From Pseudomonadota bacterium (GTDB lineage Bacteria; Bdellovibrionota; Bdellovibrionia; Bdellovibrionales; Bdellovibrionaceae): a stretch of DNA of 64,000 nt. Within the stretch, counting starts at the first letter, position 1; every line of letters begins with the position of its first letter. The stretch is taken from assembly GCA_041178425.1 (NCBI GenBank), contig JBEGVH010000031.1, positions 135,206-199,205 on the forward strand, written 5' to 3'. The translations under genes were made by a program, and so were the position numbers. Shown one piece after another: positions 9,681-21,676 of the stretch. The notes below the pieces were generated by a model. The model saw nothing but the letters and a program-made list of their open reading frames with translations, did not search any database and was not told the DNA's origin.

Positions 9681-10502
9681 TTAGGGAGTGAGGGAGGCTA
9701 TGAATTCAGAAATAAAAGAGGAGAATTGTGTTTCAACCCGCTTGGCGGTGTCAGTGACCTCTACATGGGAAAGTTTTTGTTGGGAAATGCCAGCTGCCTT
9801 ATTTGTGATGCAGCTGATGCCACAAACTTTAATTCCCATATGGTTAGCGGCGATCACCTCGGGCACAGTGCTCATACCCACGGCCGAGCCACCAATCATC
9901 CGCAGATACCTGACTTCTGCTGGAGTCTCATAGGTGGGACCACTCAGAGCGCAGTAGACGCCTCGGTGAAATTTAATTTTGTTGCGATTCAGGACTTTGG
10001 CGAGTTGTTCTCGCAAACTAAGCGAATAGGCTTCGGTCATGTCGGGAAACCGAGCACCTAAGCTTTGTTCATTAGGTCCGATGAGGGGATTTGTGCCCAT
10101 TAGGTTAATATGATCTTCGAGGATCATAAAGTCTCCAGGCTGCATCGCTGGATCAAGGCCCCCAGCGGCATTGGTGACCAAAACGGAGTGAATGCCAAGT
10201 TTGGCAATCGTTCTCATAGGGAAAACCACAGAGGCCATCGAATGGCCTTCATAAAAATGAATTCGTCCTTGTAGGCAAACAACGGGCGTTCTGCCGACCG
10301 TTCCAAAAATCATTCGGCCGTTGTGACCATCAACACTGGGTTGTGCGAAATTTGGAATATCTTTATACGCGATAATATTATCAACCTTAATTTGGTTAGC
10401 GAAGGGCCCCAGGCCAGAGCCGAGGATGATACCTACTTGTGGTCGAATTTTTGTTTGAGACATCAAGAAGGCAGTTGTCTGAGTTAATTGGTCAGTAAGC
10501 AT
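9681..10502 (-). CDS. punA: Purine nucleoside phosphorylase (trimeric type)
   Basis: GIILGSGLG, QGRIHFYEG, TNAAGG, GPTYETPAE, VGMSTVPE. Confidence 0.95.
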   Translation of the reverse strand: MLTDQLTQTTAFLMSQTKIRPQVGIILGSGLGPFANQIKVDNIIAYKDIPNFAQPSVDGHNGRMIFGTVGRTPVVCLQGRIHFYEGHSMASVVFPMRTIAKLGIHSVLVTNAAGGLDPAMQPGDFMILEDHINLMGTNPLIGPNEQSLGARFPDMTEAYSLSLREQLAKVLNRNKIKFHRGVYCALSGPTYETPAEVRYLRMIGGSAVGMSTVPEVIAANHMGIKVCGISCITNKAAGISQQKLSHVEVTDTAKRVETQFSSFISEFIASLTP

Positions 10503-10512
10503 TGTAACCTCT

Positions 10513-11838
10513 TTAGTTGATAATTTTAGAAATTAACTCAAATTTTTCGGGTTGTTTATCAGAAACTAGAACCGTATCGACTAATTCTGACTCAATAGAG
10601 TTAATCATTGTCTCCGTCGAAGCAAAAATAGTCCATAAGGGATCGCCCACTTCGACTTTGTCACCGATTTTTGTATGAACCATAAACCCTGCCGTTGGAT
10701 CAATAAGGTCGCTCACTTCTTTTCGGCCAGCGCCAAGTTGTACTCCGAGCATTCCAATGCGCTCACCCTTGAATCCAACGATATAGCCAGCGCGAGGGCA
10801 TCCAACTGTTTTTTGAATCGCAGCTTTGGGAAGTGATTCAAGGTGGCCCCCTTGATCTTGGCACACAGCTTCGAATAGTTTTAGGGCGCGCCCCGAAGTC
10901 AGAGCCTCGAGAGCTAAAGACTTTGCCTCATCCCGATTATCGGCGGCACCACCTAAAACGAGCATCTCTGCGGCCAGCAGAACGCTGAGCTCACGATTAT
11001 CAGCGTACAAATCAACACCATATTTATTTATTAAAGTCTTACCTCTCATGATTTCAAGGCATTCATGGATCTCAAGGGCATTACCGATGTAGGCCCCGAG
11101 CGGCTGATTCATATTTGTTAAAAACGCAGTGACTTTTTTACCAGCCCCGCGACCAATTCCTTGAAGTGAGAGCGCTAAACGCTGGGCCTCTTCGATTGTT
11201 TTCATAAAGGCGCCCATCCCAAATTTCACATCGAGGACGAGCCCATCGAGGTCTTCGGCCAACTTTTTGGACATGATAGAAGCGGATATTAGCTCCAAGC
11301 TCTCAATGGTGCCGGTGACATCGCGAAGCGCATACATTTTTTTGTCGGCGGGGCAAATATCTTTTGTTTGCCCAATGAAGCAGACTCCATGTTTCTTTAG
11401 AATGGTTTTGAAGGTCAGCAAATCTAATTGAGTATTAAAGCCGGGAATGCTCTCGAGTTTATCGAGGGTTCCTCCGGTATGACCCAAGCCACGACCCGAC
11501 ATCATTGGAACGGTGACACCACAGGCCGCCACGATGGGCCCTAGTATCAGGCTGGTTTTATCGCCGATCCCTCCAGTTGAGTGCTTATCTACTTTTTTTT
11601 GTGGGATTTCATTTAGGTCAATGATTGAGCCCGAGTTCAACATGGTTTGGGTGAGCAAGAGAGTTTCATTAGGGCTTAAACCTTTTAGGCGAACGGCCAT
11701 AAGCCAGGCGCTCATTTGGTAATCGGGAATTTCTCCATGAGTGAATCCCATTACTAGCGCTTTCAATTCATCTGCAGAAAGAGGAATTTGGTCTCTAGTT
11801 TTTTTTATAGCTTCGACTGGGAGAAATGGAGTCTTCAT
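10513..11838 (-). CDS. pdp: Pyrimidine-nucleoside/thymidine phosphorylase
   Basis: DYQMSAWLMA, DKHSTGGIGDK, SGRGLGHTGGTLDKLESIPG, SIMSKK. Confidence 0.95.
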   Translation of the reverse strand: MKTPFLPVEAIKKTRDQIPLSADELKALVMGFTHGEIPDYQMSAWLMAVRLKGLSPNETLLLTQTMLNSGSIIDLNEIPQKKVDKHSTGGIGDKTSLILGPIVAACGVTVPMMSGRGLGHTGGTLDKLESIPGFNTQLDLLTFKTILKKHGVCFIGQTKDICPADKKMYALRDVTGTIESLELISASIMSKKLAEDLDGLVLDVKFGMGAFMKTIEEAQRLALSLQGIGRGAGKKVTAFLTNMNQPLGAYIGNALEIHECLEIMRGKTLINKYGVDLYADNRELSVLLAAEMLVLGGAADNRDEAKSLALEALTSGRALKLFEAVCQDQGGHLESLPKAAIQKTVGCPRAGYIVGFKGERIGMLGVQLGAGRKEVSDLIDPTAGFMVHTKIGDKVEVGDPLWTIFASTETMINSIESELVDTVLVSDKQPEKFELISKIIN

Positions 11839-11853
11839 ACTTGCGTTTTCCCT

Positions 11854-12549
11854 TTAATAAGACTGTGGGGCCACTGACTGACCGGTGACAAGTTGGACTC
11901 CCGAACTCGTACCGAGTCGTGTGGCACCTGCGACTATTAAGTCTTGGGCTTGATCCAATGTTTTAATTCCACCACTGGCCTTGACCTCGATATTCTTGGA
12001 AACTGTGGCGCGCATGAGTCTAACATGCTCTACGGTTGCAGCCCCCCCAGAAAAGCCGGTGCAGGTTTTTACAAATTTTGCTCCAGCGGCTTCAGCAATT
12101 TTACAGGACTCCACGATTTCTTCTGTCGTAAGAAGTGCTGTTTCGAGGATGACTTTGACCGGAGCAGAGATGGATTGAGTCACTTTACGGATATCCTCTT
12201 CGGCCTTCTTCCAGTGGCGATCTTTGATGGCCCCAATGTTTATCACCATGTCGATTTCTTGAGCTCCATTCTCTTCGGCCAGCTGTGCTTCAAAGCTTTT
12301 AGACGCGGTGAGATTAGCTCCTAATGGAAACCCAATAACAGAAACAACTAAGGTCTGCGAGTTCAGAAGCATGGATTTCACGAGGGGAATATGTGAGGAG
12401 TTTACGCAAACTCCTTTAAATTGATGAGTTAGCGCTTCCTTACAGAGTTGACGAATTTGGTCCTCGGTCGCATCTGGCTTCAAAAGGGTGTGATCGATAA
12501 ATCGGGACAATTCCAAAAATTTTGTTGTCTCCATGAGCGACATCTCCAA
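11854..12549 (-). CDS. deoC: Deoxyribose-phosphate aldolase
   Basis: IDHTLLKP, IGFPLG, EIDMVIN, KVILET, FVKT.TG, VKASGGI, RLGTS. Start may be at 12543 or 12534. Confidence 0.95.
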   Translation of the reverse strand: MEMSLMETTKFLELSRFIDHTLLKPDATEDQIRQLCKEALTHQFKGVCVNSSHIPLVKSMLLNSQTLVVSVIGFPLGANLTASKSFEAQLAEENGAQEIDMVINIGAIKDRHWKKAEEDIRKVTQSISAPVKVILETALLTTEEIVESCKIAEAAGAKFVKTCTGFSGGAATVEHVRLMRATVSKNIEVKASGGIKTLDQAQDLIVAGATRLGTSSGVQLVTGQSVAPQSY

Positions 12550-12558
12550 GAATAAGGC

Positions 12559-12861
12559 ATGAGCACCTCTCTAAAACACATCATAATCTCAGGTAGAGTT
12601 CAAGGAGTAGGCTTCAGGCGATATGTTTTTAATGAGGCTCAAAAACTCAAGATCCAGGGTTGGGTGCGAAATTTATGGGATGGACGAGTCGAGGTACTGG
12701 TTGCCTTGAATTTAGAAAATGAAAAAGAATTTTTAGAGCTCCTTCAGAAAGGCCCGAAGTTTTCAGAGGTTGCAGATTTGCAAATTCAAAATGTTTCGGG
12801 ACCAATCGTTCTAGAAAGCTTTCAAATCAAAGAGGATGGGAGAACCCTTTATGCAATTTAG
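12559..12861 (+). CDS. acyP: Acylphosphatase
   Basis: SGRVQGVGFR...GWVRN..DG.VE signature. Confidence 0.92.
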   Translation: MSTSLKHIIISGRVQGVGFRRYVFNEAQKLKIQGWVRNLWDGRVEVLVALNLENEKEFLELLQKGPKFSEVADLQIQNVSGPIVLESFQIKEDGRTLYAI

Positions 12862-13231
12862 GAATTTTAAATTTCTTATTTGTTTAACCTTATTCGTTGG
12901 AATTTTTACGGCTCCCTGCGAAGGATTTTCACAGAGTCAGATTCGAACCCAAGGGCCTTCGATTCGCTCACAGGTGGCTAAAATTCTTTTGAGTAGCCTC
13001 GGTGGTGCGGTTTTGGGAATTAGCTCTTTAAGTTTTTACGATCGTCCTCAGGATCACCTTTCAAATGTTGCTCTTGGTGGAACCCTTGGGGCTGTTCTCG
13101 GATCAATTTACGTTACCAAAGAATCACTGGAAATGGACAGCCTCTCGTCGCTCGAAGAGGGGGGTGAGTTTCAGCTCGTAATGACCCCCCAAAATAAAGG
13201 ATGTTTAGCTCAATGGAGTTTCTCGTTCTAG
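12851..13231 (+). CDS. Hypothetical secreted/membrane protein with glycine-zipper segments
   Basis: Signal peptide-like N-terminus; LGGAVLG and LGGTLGAVLG helices; C-terminal WSFSF. Confidence 0.6.
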   Translation: MQFRNFKFLICLTLFVGIFTAPCEGFSQSQIRTQGPSIRSQVAKILLSSLGGAVLGISSLSFYDRPQDHLSNVALGGTLGAVLGSIYVTKESLEMDSLSSLEEGGEFQLVMTPQNKGCLAQWSFSF

Positions 13232-14277
13232 CTGGCCGCTTTGTCTTCGGCCGCGCCTAAGAATAGATCCATTTCTTTTTTATGAATCATGCCTCTTTTA
13301 ACGAGTTCGGCGAGTGATTTTTCAAAAAGAACCATTCCATATTTAGCACCCATTTGTATTTGTGTTGGGATTTGGTAGGTTTTCTTTTCGCGAATGAGAT
13401 TGGCAATCGCTCGTGTGTTTCTCATAATTTCGTAGGCGGCCACGCGCCCTGGCTTGTCTGCGCGAGTGAAAAGACTTTGTGCAACCACTCCACGAATACT
13501 CTCTGCCAACATGGCACGTATTTGATCTTGTTGGTCTCCTGGAAAAACGTCAATGATACGATCGATGGTTTTTGCTGCGCTATTTGTGTGTAGTGTTCCA
13601 AAAACAAGGTGACCTGTCTCAGCCGCTGTAATGGCGAGAGAGATCGTTTCTAAGTCTCGCAACTCACCCACAAGAACCACGTCGGGATCTTCCCGAAGAG
13701 CGGCTTTCAGTGCGTTGGTAAATGATTTCGTATGACTCCCGAGCTCCCTCTGGTTCACCAGTGATTTAATATTGGGGTGAATAAATTCGATAGGATCTTC
13801 GATAGTAATAATATGGGCTTCTCGAGTGGCATTAATGTGATTGATCAGGGCTGAAAGGGTGGTTGATTTTCCAGAGCCCGTTGGTCCTGTGACGAGAACG
13901 AGTCCACGATCGCATTCCACCATATCCACAATCGCCGGAGGTAAGTTTAAGTCGGTGGTGGTGAGAATTTTTTCGGGGATAATTCTGAAGACGGCGCCCA
14001 ATCCCTTTCTTTGCATAAACACATTGCCCCGAAACCGGGCGACACCAGACACCGCATAAGCAAAATCAAGTTCCCATTTTTCGACAAAAGCTTTTCGCTG
14101 TTTTTCATTTAGAATTTCAAATAAGAGACCCTGAACATCCTGATTGCTAAGCTCCCTATAGTTTACCGCTCGCATGTCTCCATGGACCCGCAAATAGGGC
14201 GGAGCGCCGCTCGTAATATGGAGGTCAGAAGCTTTGTGTTCTAGCATCATTCTTAATAAGTCGTCGATTACTGCCAT
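13228..14277 (-). CDS. pilT: Type IV pilus retraction ATPase PilT
   Basis: ASDLH, GPTGSGKSTT, TIEDPIE, ALREDPD, AAETGHLVFGTLHT, AIANLIRE. Confidence 0.95.
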   Translation of the reverse strand: MAVIDDLLRMMLEHKASDLHITSGAPPYLRVHGDMRAVNYRELSNQDVQGLLFEILNEKQRKAFVEKWELDFAYAVSGVARFRGNVFMQRKGLGAVFRIIPEKILTTTDLNLPPAIVDMVECDRGLVLVTGPTGSGKSTTLSALINHINATREAHIITIEDPIEFIHPNIKSLVNQRELGSHTKSFTNALKAALREDPDVVLVGELRDLETISLAITAAETGHLVFGTLHTNSAAKTIDRIIDVFPGDQQDQIRAMLAESIRGVVAQSLFTRADKPGRVAAYEIMRNTRAIANLIREKKTYQIPTQIQMGAKYGMVLFEKSLAELVKRGMIHKKEMDLFLGAAEDKAAS

Positions 14278-14385
14278 AGCTCCATTATAGGGCTAATGCC
14301 TGTAAAAATGAGAGTCTAGATTAAATCAACTAAGGGTGCTATAAGAGTTGAATCTCATTATCGACTAAGTGCTAGGGAGACTTCG

Positions 14386-15894
14386 GTGGCTACAGAAATT
14401 CTCATTAACGTGAAACCACAAGAAACGCGCGTCGCCTATCTTGAGGGTGGAGTCTTAACCGACTTGAAAATTGAACGTATGACGAACCCAACCTTGGTTG
14501 GTTCCGTTTTTCGCGGAAAAGTGAGCAGGGTGTTACCGGGTATGCAGGCGGCCTTCGTTGACCTTGGTCTAGAGAAAGCTGCTTTTCTCTACGTAGGCGA
14601 TATTCAAGCAGACAATCGTAGTTTCGAAGAGGAGGCCGGAGGTGATCACACCGAGGCTGACGAAGACGCGACTTCCGATGCGAATAAGTACCCTCCAATT
14701 CAGGATCTCATACGTGAAGGGCAAATGATTCTAGTGCAGGTAGCGAAGGATCCCATTGGTACAAAAGGCGCTCGCATTACAACTCAGATATCGCTCGCTG
14801 GTCGTTTTGTTGTGTATTTGCCTGATGTTAAGCACACAGGCGTGAGTCGAAGAATCGAAAAAGAATCAGAGCGTGACCGCCTTAAGGAGCTCGTTGCCAA
14901 AATAAATCCTACAGGCGGCGTGATCGTTCGAACCGCAGGCGAAGGAGCTAGTGAAGAGTCATTGCGCGGCGATATCGAATATCTCGATCGCTTAAGCAAA
15001 GAAATAATGAAGGCCGCCGAAAAAAAGAAAACGCCTGGTCTTGTGCACTCTGAAATGGACGTGGAGCTTCAAGCTCTGCGGGATCTAATGAATGAAAATG
15101 TAACGAGCGTTTATGTCGACAATGAGGAGGCTTACCGAAAGGTAACCAAGTTCATGGGTCAACTCATGCCCAAATTCAAACAGAATGTTGTATTTTATCA
15201 GGATCAACGACCGCTCTTCGACCTTTATGACATCGATCTCGAAATCTCGCGGTCTCTGGATAGAAAAATTTGGTTAAAATCTGGTGGCTACATTGTGATT
15301 GATGAGGCCGAAGCTCTTGTTGTTGTTGATGTAAATACGGGGCGCTATGTTGGCAAAAAAGATCTCGAAGACACAATCTTAAAAACGAATCTCGAGGCGG
15401 TAAAAGAGATCGCTCATCAATTGCGAATTCGTAATTGCGGAGGGATCATCATTATCGACTTTATCGATATGGAGAGACAATCACACCGCGAAAAAGTTTT
15501 AGCTCATCTGGCTGAGGAGCTTCAAAAAGACCGGGCCCGCACTCATGTTGTTTCAATGTCTCCCTTGGGATTAGTTGAGATGACTCGTAAGCGCACACGA
15601 CCAAGCCTTATCAAAACACTGTGTAATCCGTGCTCCTATTGCGATGGTAAGGGCTACGTTAAAAAGAAATCTACGGTTGCTAATGAGATCTTTAGAGAAC
15701 TCGAGAGAGACCTCATGGTTTATCGCCATCAGCGTGGCAATATCGTGGTTCACTGTCATCGGGAAGTTGTGGATTGGATCTATGAGGTCGAAGGAAGCAT
15801 TCTTGACTCCATTGAAAAGAAAATGGGCAAATCTGTGGCATTTAAGGTGGAGCCCACTTACCATATTGAACAGTACGAGATTTTTACGCTATAA
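14386..15894 (+). CDS. rng: Ribonuclease G/E family
   Basis: PGMQAAFVD, QVAKDPIGTKGAR, DVNTG, GGIIIIDFIDM, CSYC zinc link. 502 aa with no long scaffold, so RNase G-like. GTG start. Confidence 0.9.
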   Translation: MATEILINVKPQETRVAYLEGGVLTDLKIERMTNPTLVGSVFRGKVSRVLPGMQAAFVDLGLEKAAFLYVGDIQADNRSFEEEAGGDHTEADEDATSDANKYPPIQDLIREGQMILVQVAKDPIGTKGARITTQISLAGRFVVYLPDVKHTGVSRRIEKESERDRLKELVAKINPTGGVIVRTAGEGASEESLRGDIEYLDRLSKEIMKAAEKKKTPGLVHSEMDVELQALRDLMNENVTSVYVDNEEAYRKVTKFMGQLMPKFKQNVVFYQDQRPLFDLYDIDLEISRSLDRKIWLKSGGYIVIDEAEALVVVDVNTGRYVGKKDLEDTILKTNLEAVKEIAHQLRIRNCGGIIIIDFIDMERQSHREKVLAHLAEELQKDRARTHVVSMSPLGLVEMTRKRTRPSLIKTLCNPCSYCDGKGYVKKKSTVANEIFRELERDLMVYRHQRGNIVVHCHREVVDWIYEVEGSILDSIEKKMGKSVAFKVEPTYHIEQYEIFTL

Positions 15895-15949
15895 CCCATT
15901 GCATTACTTAAGGTTTTTTCCTCTAACGAATAAAATTTGTGAGGCCCAG

Positions 15950-15978
15950 CTTGACAATGTGAGGGCAGGACTCAATCT
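15950..15978 (+). promoter_or_regulatory. Possible groESL promoter
   Basis: CTTGACA at 15950-15956, then CTCAATCT loosely resembling a sigma32 -10; no CIRCE element. Confidence 0.3.
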
Positions 15979-16029
15979 ATTCGATGTCATTACAAAAATT
16001 AAAAGACACCTAATTTAAGGAGGTACTTA

Positions 16030-16329
16030 ATGGGTAAGGAAATCGGCGTTCGTCCATTGCACGACCGTATTTTGGTTAAGCGTACAACTGAAGATGATAA
16101 AACTGCAGGCGGATTGTATATCCCTGATTCTGCTAAAGAAAAGCCTCAAAAAGGCGAAGTCGTAGCAGCCGGAAAAGGCCGCGTTCTTGAAGATGGCAAA
16201 GTTCTGCCTCTTGAGATCAAAGTGGGAGATAAGATCTTGTTTAGCAAATACGCAGGTACTGAGCTTAAGTTGAATGGCGAAGAGTACTTGATGATGCGCG
16301 AAGAAGACGTTCTAGGAATCGTTCATTAA
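16030..16329 (+). CDS. groES: Co-chaperonin GroES
   Basis: [35 protein letters not shown]. Confidence 0.98.
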   Translation: MGKEIGVRPLHDRILVKRTTEDDKTAGGLYIPDSAKEKPQKGEVVAAGKGRVLEDGKVLPLEIKVGDKILFSKYAGTELKLNGEEYLMMREEDVLGIVH

Positions 16330-16339
16330 TTTAAAATAA

Positions 16340-17998
<1,659 letters not shown>

Positions 17999-18022
17999 TT
18001 CTTAATCGAAAGATTAGAGTCG

Positions 18023-18055
18023 AAAAGCCCGAGGCGAACCCTCGGGCTTTTTTTT
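18023..18055. terminator. Bidirectional rho-independent terminator
   Basis: aaaagcccgagg-cgaac-cctcgggctttt plus a T-run, between convergent genes. Confidence 0.9.
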
Positions 18056-19646
18056 AAAAAAGGTACTCAACACCAACGTCAATACGTCGCCAGTTGATCT
18101 CTGTTGATGTGGCCATCTCGCCTAATCGAGTGCCGGTGCCGCTAAAGTCTGAACGAGCGGAATCGATGCTGAGCCTAAAAATCCAATAAAGATTAGGTGT
18201 CCAATTATAATAGACTGATCCTGCAATTTGGCTGAGATAAAGATTCTCTGGGTCTCCCGACGTTACGGGTTTCTCTGTTACTGATGGACTCAAGTGGTAC
18301 CAAATCTCAGCACCTAAGCCCCACTTGGGACTTAGATCATCAACCGGCATATAGCCGACTAAGCCAACCACGTTTGAATTATAATCGGTGGTTGTAAAAC
18401 TTGTTGGATTGCTTTCAGTGACCTTAGCGTGAAATTGAGAAACTCCCAACAAAGCCTGAATGCGTGGGCCATAGATGCTGCTGGCAACTTCAAAATCATA
18501 TCCAAGGGCAAGTTTTGTAGACTGGATTGAATAATTAAGGCGCGTTGGCGCCGAACCCGAAAGCGGATTCTTTACCTGCGCTGATCCTTGATTGATACCG
18601 GCCCGAATAAACCAGGTGCGATTAATCCATAAGTCGGCGTCAAATTGGGCATTCAAGGCAAAGCTGGTAAGGCCCTCTTGGCTTCCTGAGGTGGCCAAAT
18701 TGGTCGTGGTATTAAATTCACCCCAGCCCAGTAGGGCATGAACCCGAGCGAATGTAGGCACAGATTGCGGAAGCCATTCTTTTGCGTCGCCTTTCATCAT
18801 CACCTCGGCATCGGGACGACCCATAAGGTGATCAATAACACCCTCATTCTGGCTCAATACGAGGTTCGGGTACGAGACAGGCTCTCGCAGGAGCAGCTTG
18901 AGCCCAGGTTGAATCACTTGCGGTTCCTGTTCGAAGAGAATGTGTCCGAAGCTAAGAGTTTCATCGGTTTTGATCAGTCGAATTTTACCAACAATTTGCT
19001 TTTCTACATGAGTTACAAATTGAAATTGAGGATGCCGTTTGACGCTGAGAACTTGGATCACGTTGATTTCTTGGTCGGGGCGTAGACCGGCGGAGGTGCC
19101 CCGATTAACAGTCACCTTGCTTCCTGAGCGGCTCAGTACGAGACCCTGATAAGGAAGCTGATTAATGATCTGTTCATACATTATCTTAATCGTGCCGCGC
19201 AAATAATCATGATCAAATTTCTGTTTCTCAACGAATTCAGAGTAGGCCCACAACAAGCCGCTAGTTCTCGTAAAAAGCCCCAGCTCCATTCTCAAGCCAA
19301 TTTGACCCTTTGAAATCTGCAAATGGAGCAAACCATCGGTTCCGGCCTTAGTGACGAGGGCATTGACCTGCTTTGGATTGGCCCTTAGATCATCGAGATC
19401 AAAATCTCCTTCGAGAGGGGCTTGTGGAACTTCAAAGAAATGCTCCGATTCCACGATTTTCAGTAATTCCTCCGACAATGGTTTAGCAAAGATTCCCTGC
19501 ACATTGTCTTTTCCAGTGGTCATTACTACGGATTTTAATGTGATATCTCCATCATCAGCACTAACGTAGGTGGTGGTTACTGCTAAACCAAGACTCTGAA
19601 AGTACAAAATAATAATGAGTGAGAAGAATCTTAGAAAAACAGACAT
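18054..19646 (-). CDS. Hypothetical outer-membrane protein (periplasmic domains plus C-terminal beta-barrel)
   Basis: Signal peptide from MSVFLRFF (ATG at 19646). Alternating aromatic beta-strands; ends VGVEYLF (BAM-type signal). Confidence 0.65.
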   Translation of the reverse strand: MSVFLRFFSLIIILYFQSLGLAVTTTYVSADDGDITLKSVVMTTGKDNVQGIFAKPLSEELLKIVESEHFFEVPQAPLEGDFDLDDLRANPKQVNALVTKAGTDGLLHLQISKGQIGLRMELGLFTRTSGLLWAYSEFVEKQKFDHDYLRGTIKIMYEQIINQLPYQGLVLSRSGSKVTVNRGTSAGLRPDQEINVIQVLSVKRHPQFQFVTHVEKQIVGKIRLIKTDETLSFGHILFEQEPQVIQPGLKLLLREPVSYPNLVLSQNEGVIDHLMGRPDAEVMMKGDAKEWLPQSVPTFARVHALLGWGEFNTTTNLATSGSQEGLTSFALNAQFDADLWINRTWFIRAGINQGSAQVKNPLSGSAPTRLNYSIQSTKLALGYDFEVASSIYGPRIQALLGVSQFHAKVTESNPTSFTTTDYNSNVVGLVGYMPVDDLSPKWGLGAEIWYHLSPSVTEKPVTSGDPENLYLSQIAGSVYYNWTPNLYWIFRLSIDSARSDFSGTGTRLGEMATSTEINWRRIDVGVEYLF

Positions 19647-19701
19647 TTTACCGTCCTTTTTTTGGTTTAGATTTCTGCCAACACACCGATAGCGTATCAT
19701 C

Positions 19702-20595
19702 ATGAGTCGCGCCTCGATTATACTAGTATTGTTTACATTCTTTACGTCTTTGGCTAGTGGTCAGTGGGAGGCCGATCAATTTTTATTCAGCAACAAGGAA
19801 TCGCCGGCCCGACCAAAGCCCATTGCCATCGAAAATAAAAAAACGGCAACGAACGCGAGGCCCTCAAAGCTGATCGATAAAAAAAATGAACCAAAAAAAA
19901 CCACAGAGCCCGAGATCGTGCAAGCACCGTCAGACCCCCTGAGAGATCCTGCCTCTTTTGAGGAGTCAACTGTCGGTATTGATGCAAAATTGGGTTACAT
20001 CGACTTTGATTCAAAGAGCTCTAGCCGCGCAATGGACTTTAACGAGGGCAGCACAACAGTAGCGGCTCAACTCGATTTAGGTATTGATCCAAAAAACACG
20101 ATTGAAGTGAATTATGCGGGCACGGCTCAAATTCAGTCGGCAGTTGTTTGGAATGGACAATCGATAAACCAGATTAATTGGGAAGATATGAATCTTGCGT
20201 ATTCCTATCGATGGTTCAGAGGTCTGAATCAGATCCAGATCGGTCCAATCTTTCGTCAGAATAATTGGTGGGGGCAGACCCCGGGCAAAAGAGTTTCGCT
20301 TGAGAGGCTTGAGTCTTTTGGGCTTCACGGTCGGTATTTGTTCTCAAAAAGCGAGCGCCTTCGTCATCAATTGCAACTGCAACTGCTTCCGCGCACCTAT
20401 TCTCTTGTTAGCGGCGGTTTGGGCTATGACCTTCTCATGGATTGGACTTCCGTCTATGACCTCACCACAGGTCGAGCTCTCGTTTTTCAGCTTGGAGCAG
20501 AGCAATTAAAAATTAAAGACGTTGAAGACGTGCGTGCTCAACTTGACCAAAGGTTAATAAAAGTTTTTGTAGGCTATAGGGTTTTCACCCACTAG
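19702..20595 (+). CDS. Hypothetical outer-membrane beta-barrel protein
   Basis: Signal peptide, Pro/Lys-rich linker, amphipathic strands; ends VFVGYRVFTH. Confidence 0.6.
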   Translation: MSRASIILVLFTFFTSLASGQWEADQFLFSNKESPARPKPIAIENKKTATNARPSKLIDKKNEPKKTTEPEIVQAPSDPLRDPASFEESTVGIDAKLGYIDFDSKSSSRAMDFNEGSTTVAAQLDLGIDPKNTIEVNYAGTAQIQSAVVWNGQSINQINWEDMNLAYSYRWFRGLNQIQIGPIFRQNNWWGQTPGKRVSLERLESFGLHGRYLFSKSERLRHQLQLQLLPRTYSLVSGGLGYDLLMDWTSVYDLTTGRALVFQLGAEQLKIKDVEDVRAQLDQRLIKVFVGYRVFTH

Positions 20596-20661
20596 GTTTC
20601 GTCCGGTCCAGTTTTAAAAAACTCAGGTGAGCTTCTTAGTAAGTAAATCTAAATTAAAGAT

Positions 20662-21045
20662 ATGCCTATACGCTTATTGATTGTCGATGACGCAAGTTTC
20701 ATTAGAGAAATGCTTCGAACCATTGCTTCTAAGCAAGGGTGGTTGATTGTTGACGAAGCCGTTGACGGCGAAGAAGCGATCACCAAGGCTCGCCAGCATC
20801 ATCCCGATGTTATATTGATGGACATCGTGATGCCAAAATTAAATGGCATTGAGGCCGGCAAAATAATTTTTAAATTTGATCCGAATATTGCCATTATTGG
20901 ACTGTCGACGGTTGATAACGAAGACATTATGATGCGGGCGATGGAGGCAGGATTTGTGAGTTATATAACTAAACCGTTTGAAAACCGATCGGTGATTTCA
21001 GCGGTGAATCAAGCGAGTCAAAAAAAGGAGAAAAAAAGTGGGTGA
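20662..21045 (+). CDS. Single-domain response regulator (CheY-like)
   Basis: LIVDD, PDVILMDIVMP.LNG, YITKPF. Confidence 0.92.
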   Translation: MPIRLLIVDDASFIREMLRTIASKQGWLIVDEAVDGEEAITKARQHHPDVILMDIVMPKLNGIEAGKIIFKFDPNIAIIGLSTVDNEDIMMRAMEAGFVSYITKPFENRSVISAVNQASQKKEKKSG

Positions 21046-21262
21046 ATTGAAATTTGTTTTTAAAACACTTTTTGCAACAATTGTTGTTATCGCGCTGATG
21101 CAATTGAAGGTGGGCGAGAAGACTATCGAGAGCAAGACTTATCAAATATTGGCCCATTCAGAGTTTGCTGAATTCTTAAACCACGTGGCCTCTGGGGCTG
21201 TGGAGTTGGGAAAACAAGCGCGTGCTTATGCCGAAGAACAATTAAGGCAAGCCAGAAAATAA
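21038..21262 (+). CDS. Small hypothetical membrane-anchored protein
   Basis: GTG start after GGAG, overlapping the regulator stop; N-terminal hydrophobic helix. Confidence 0.55.
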   Translation: MGELKFVFKTLFATIVVIALMQLKVGEKTIESKTYQILAHSEFAEFLNHVASGAVELGKQARAYAEEQLRQARK

Positions 21263-21284
21263 GGAACGCGCTTGTATCCATTGT

Positions 21285-21605
21285 TTACTGATTGTGACGT
21301 GAGCCTACCGAAGAACCAACAGTGTTCAGCGGTGAGCTCTGGCCGAATCGAGCACCGTTAGAGTCACCATTTTTTGCAATTTGGCTTTTGAAAGCGCAAT
21401 CGGCTGGATTATGTCCTAGGCCGAGCGCAAGCGCAGGATCGGGATTTTTTATCGTTGGCACTTGAAGCTTTTTTACTTCGGTATTCATCGCAGAAACGCG
21501 GGATTGCTTTTGGCTCTTCATGTTTCCAGATTTATTGATAGCAGCATGGCTTGTTGTTGAAAGTACTAGAGTTGCCAAAACAATCATTTTCTTTAGTGTG
21601 AACAT
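21285..21605 (-). CDS. Hypothetical secreted protein
   Basis: ATG at 21605 follows GGAGG; signal peptide KKMIVLATLVLSTTSHA. Confidence 0.65.
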   Translation of the reverse strand: MFTLKKMIVLATLVLSTTSHAAINKSGNMKSQKQSRVSAMNTEVKKLQVPTIKNPDPALALGLGHNPADCAFKSQIAKNGDSNGARFGQSSPLNTVGSSVGSRHNQ

Positions 21606-21676
21606 TTCATCCTCCGAAGTTCGTTTTAGATCCGATTTCAAATCGAATATTATTAATCTTCTCAAGAGTGTTTCAT

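Noticed and set aside
15895..16029. CIRCE/HrcA operator before groES
   Set aside because: No TTAGCACTC-N9-GAGTGCTAA present.
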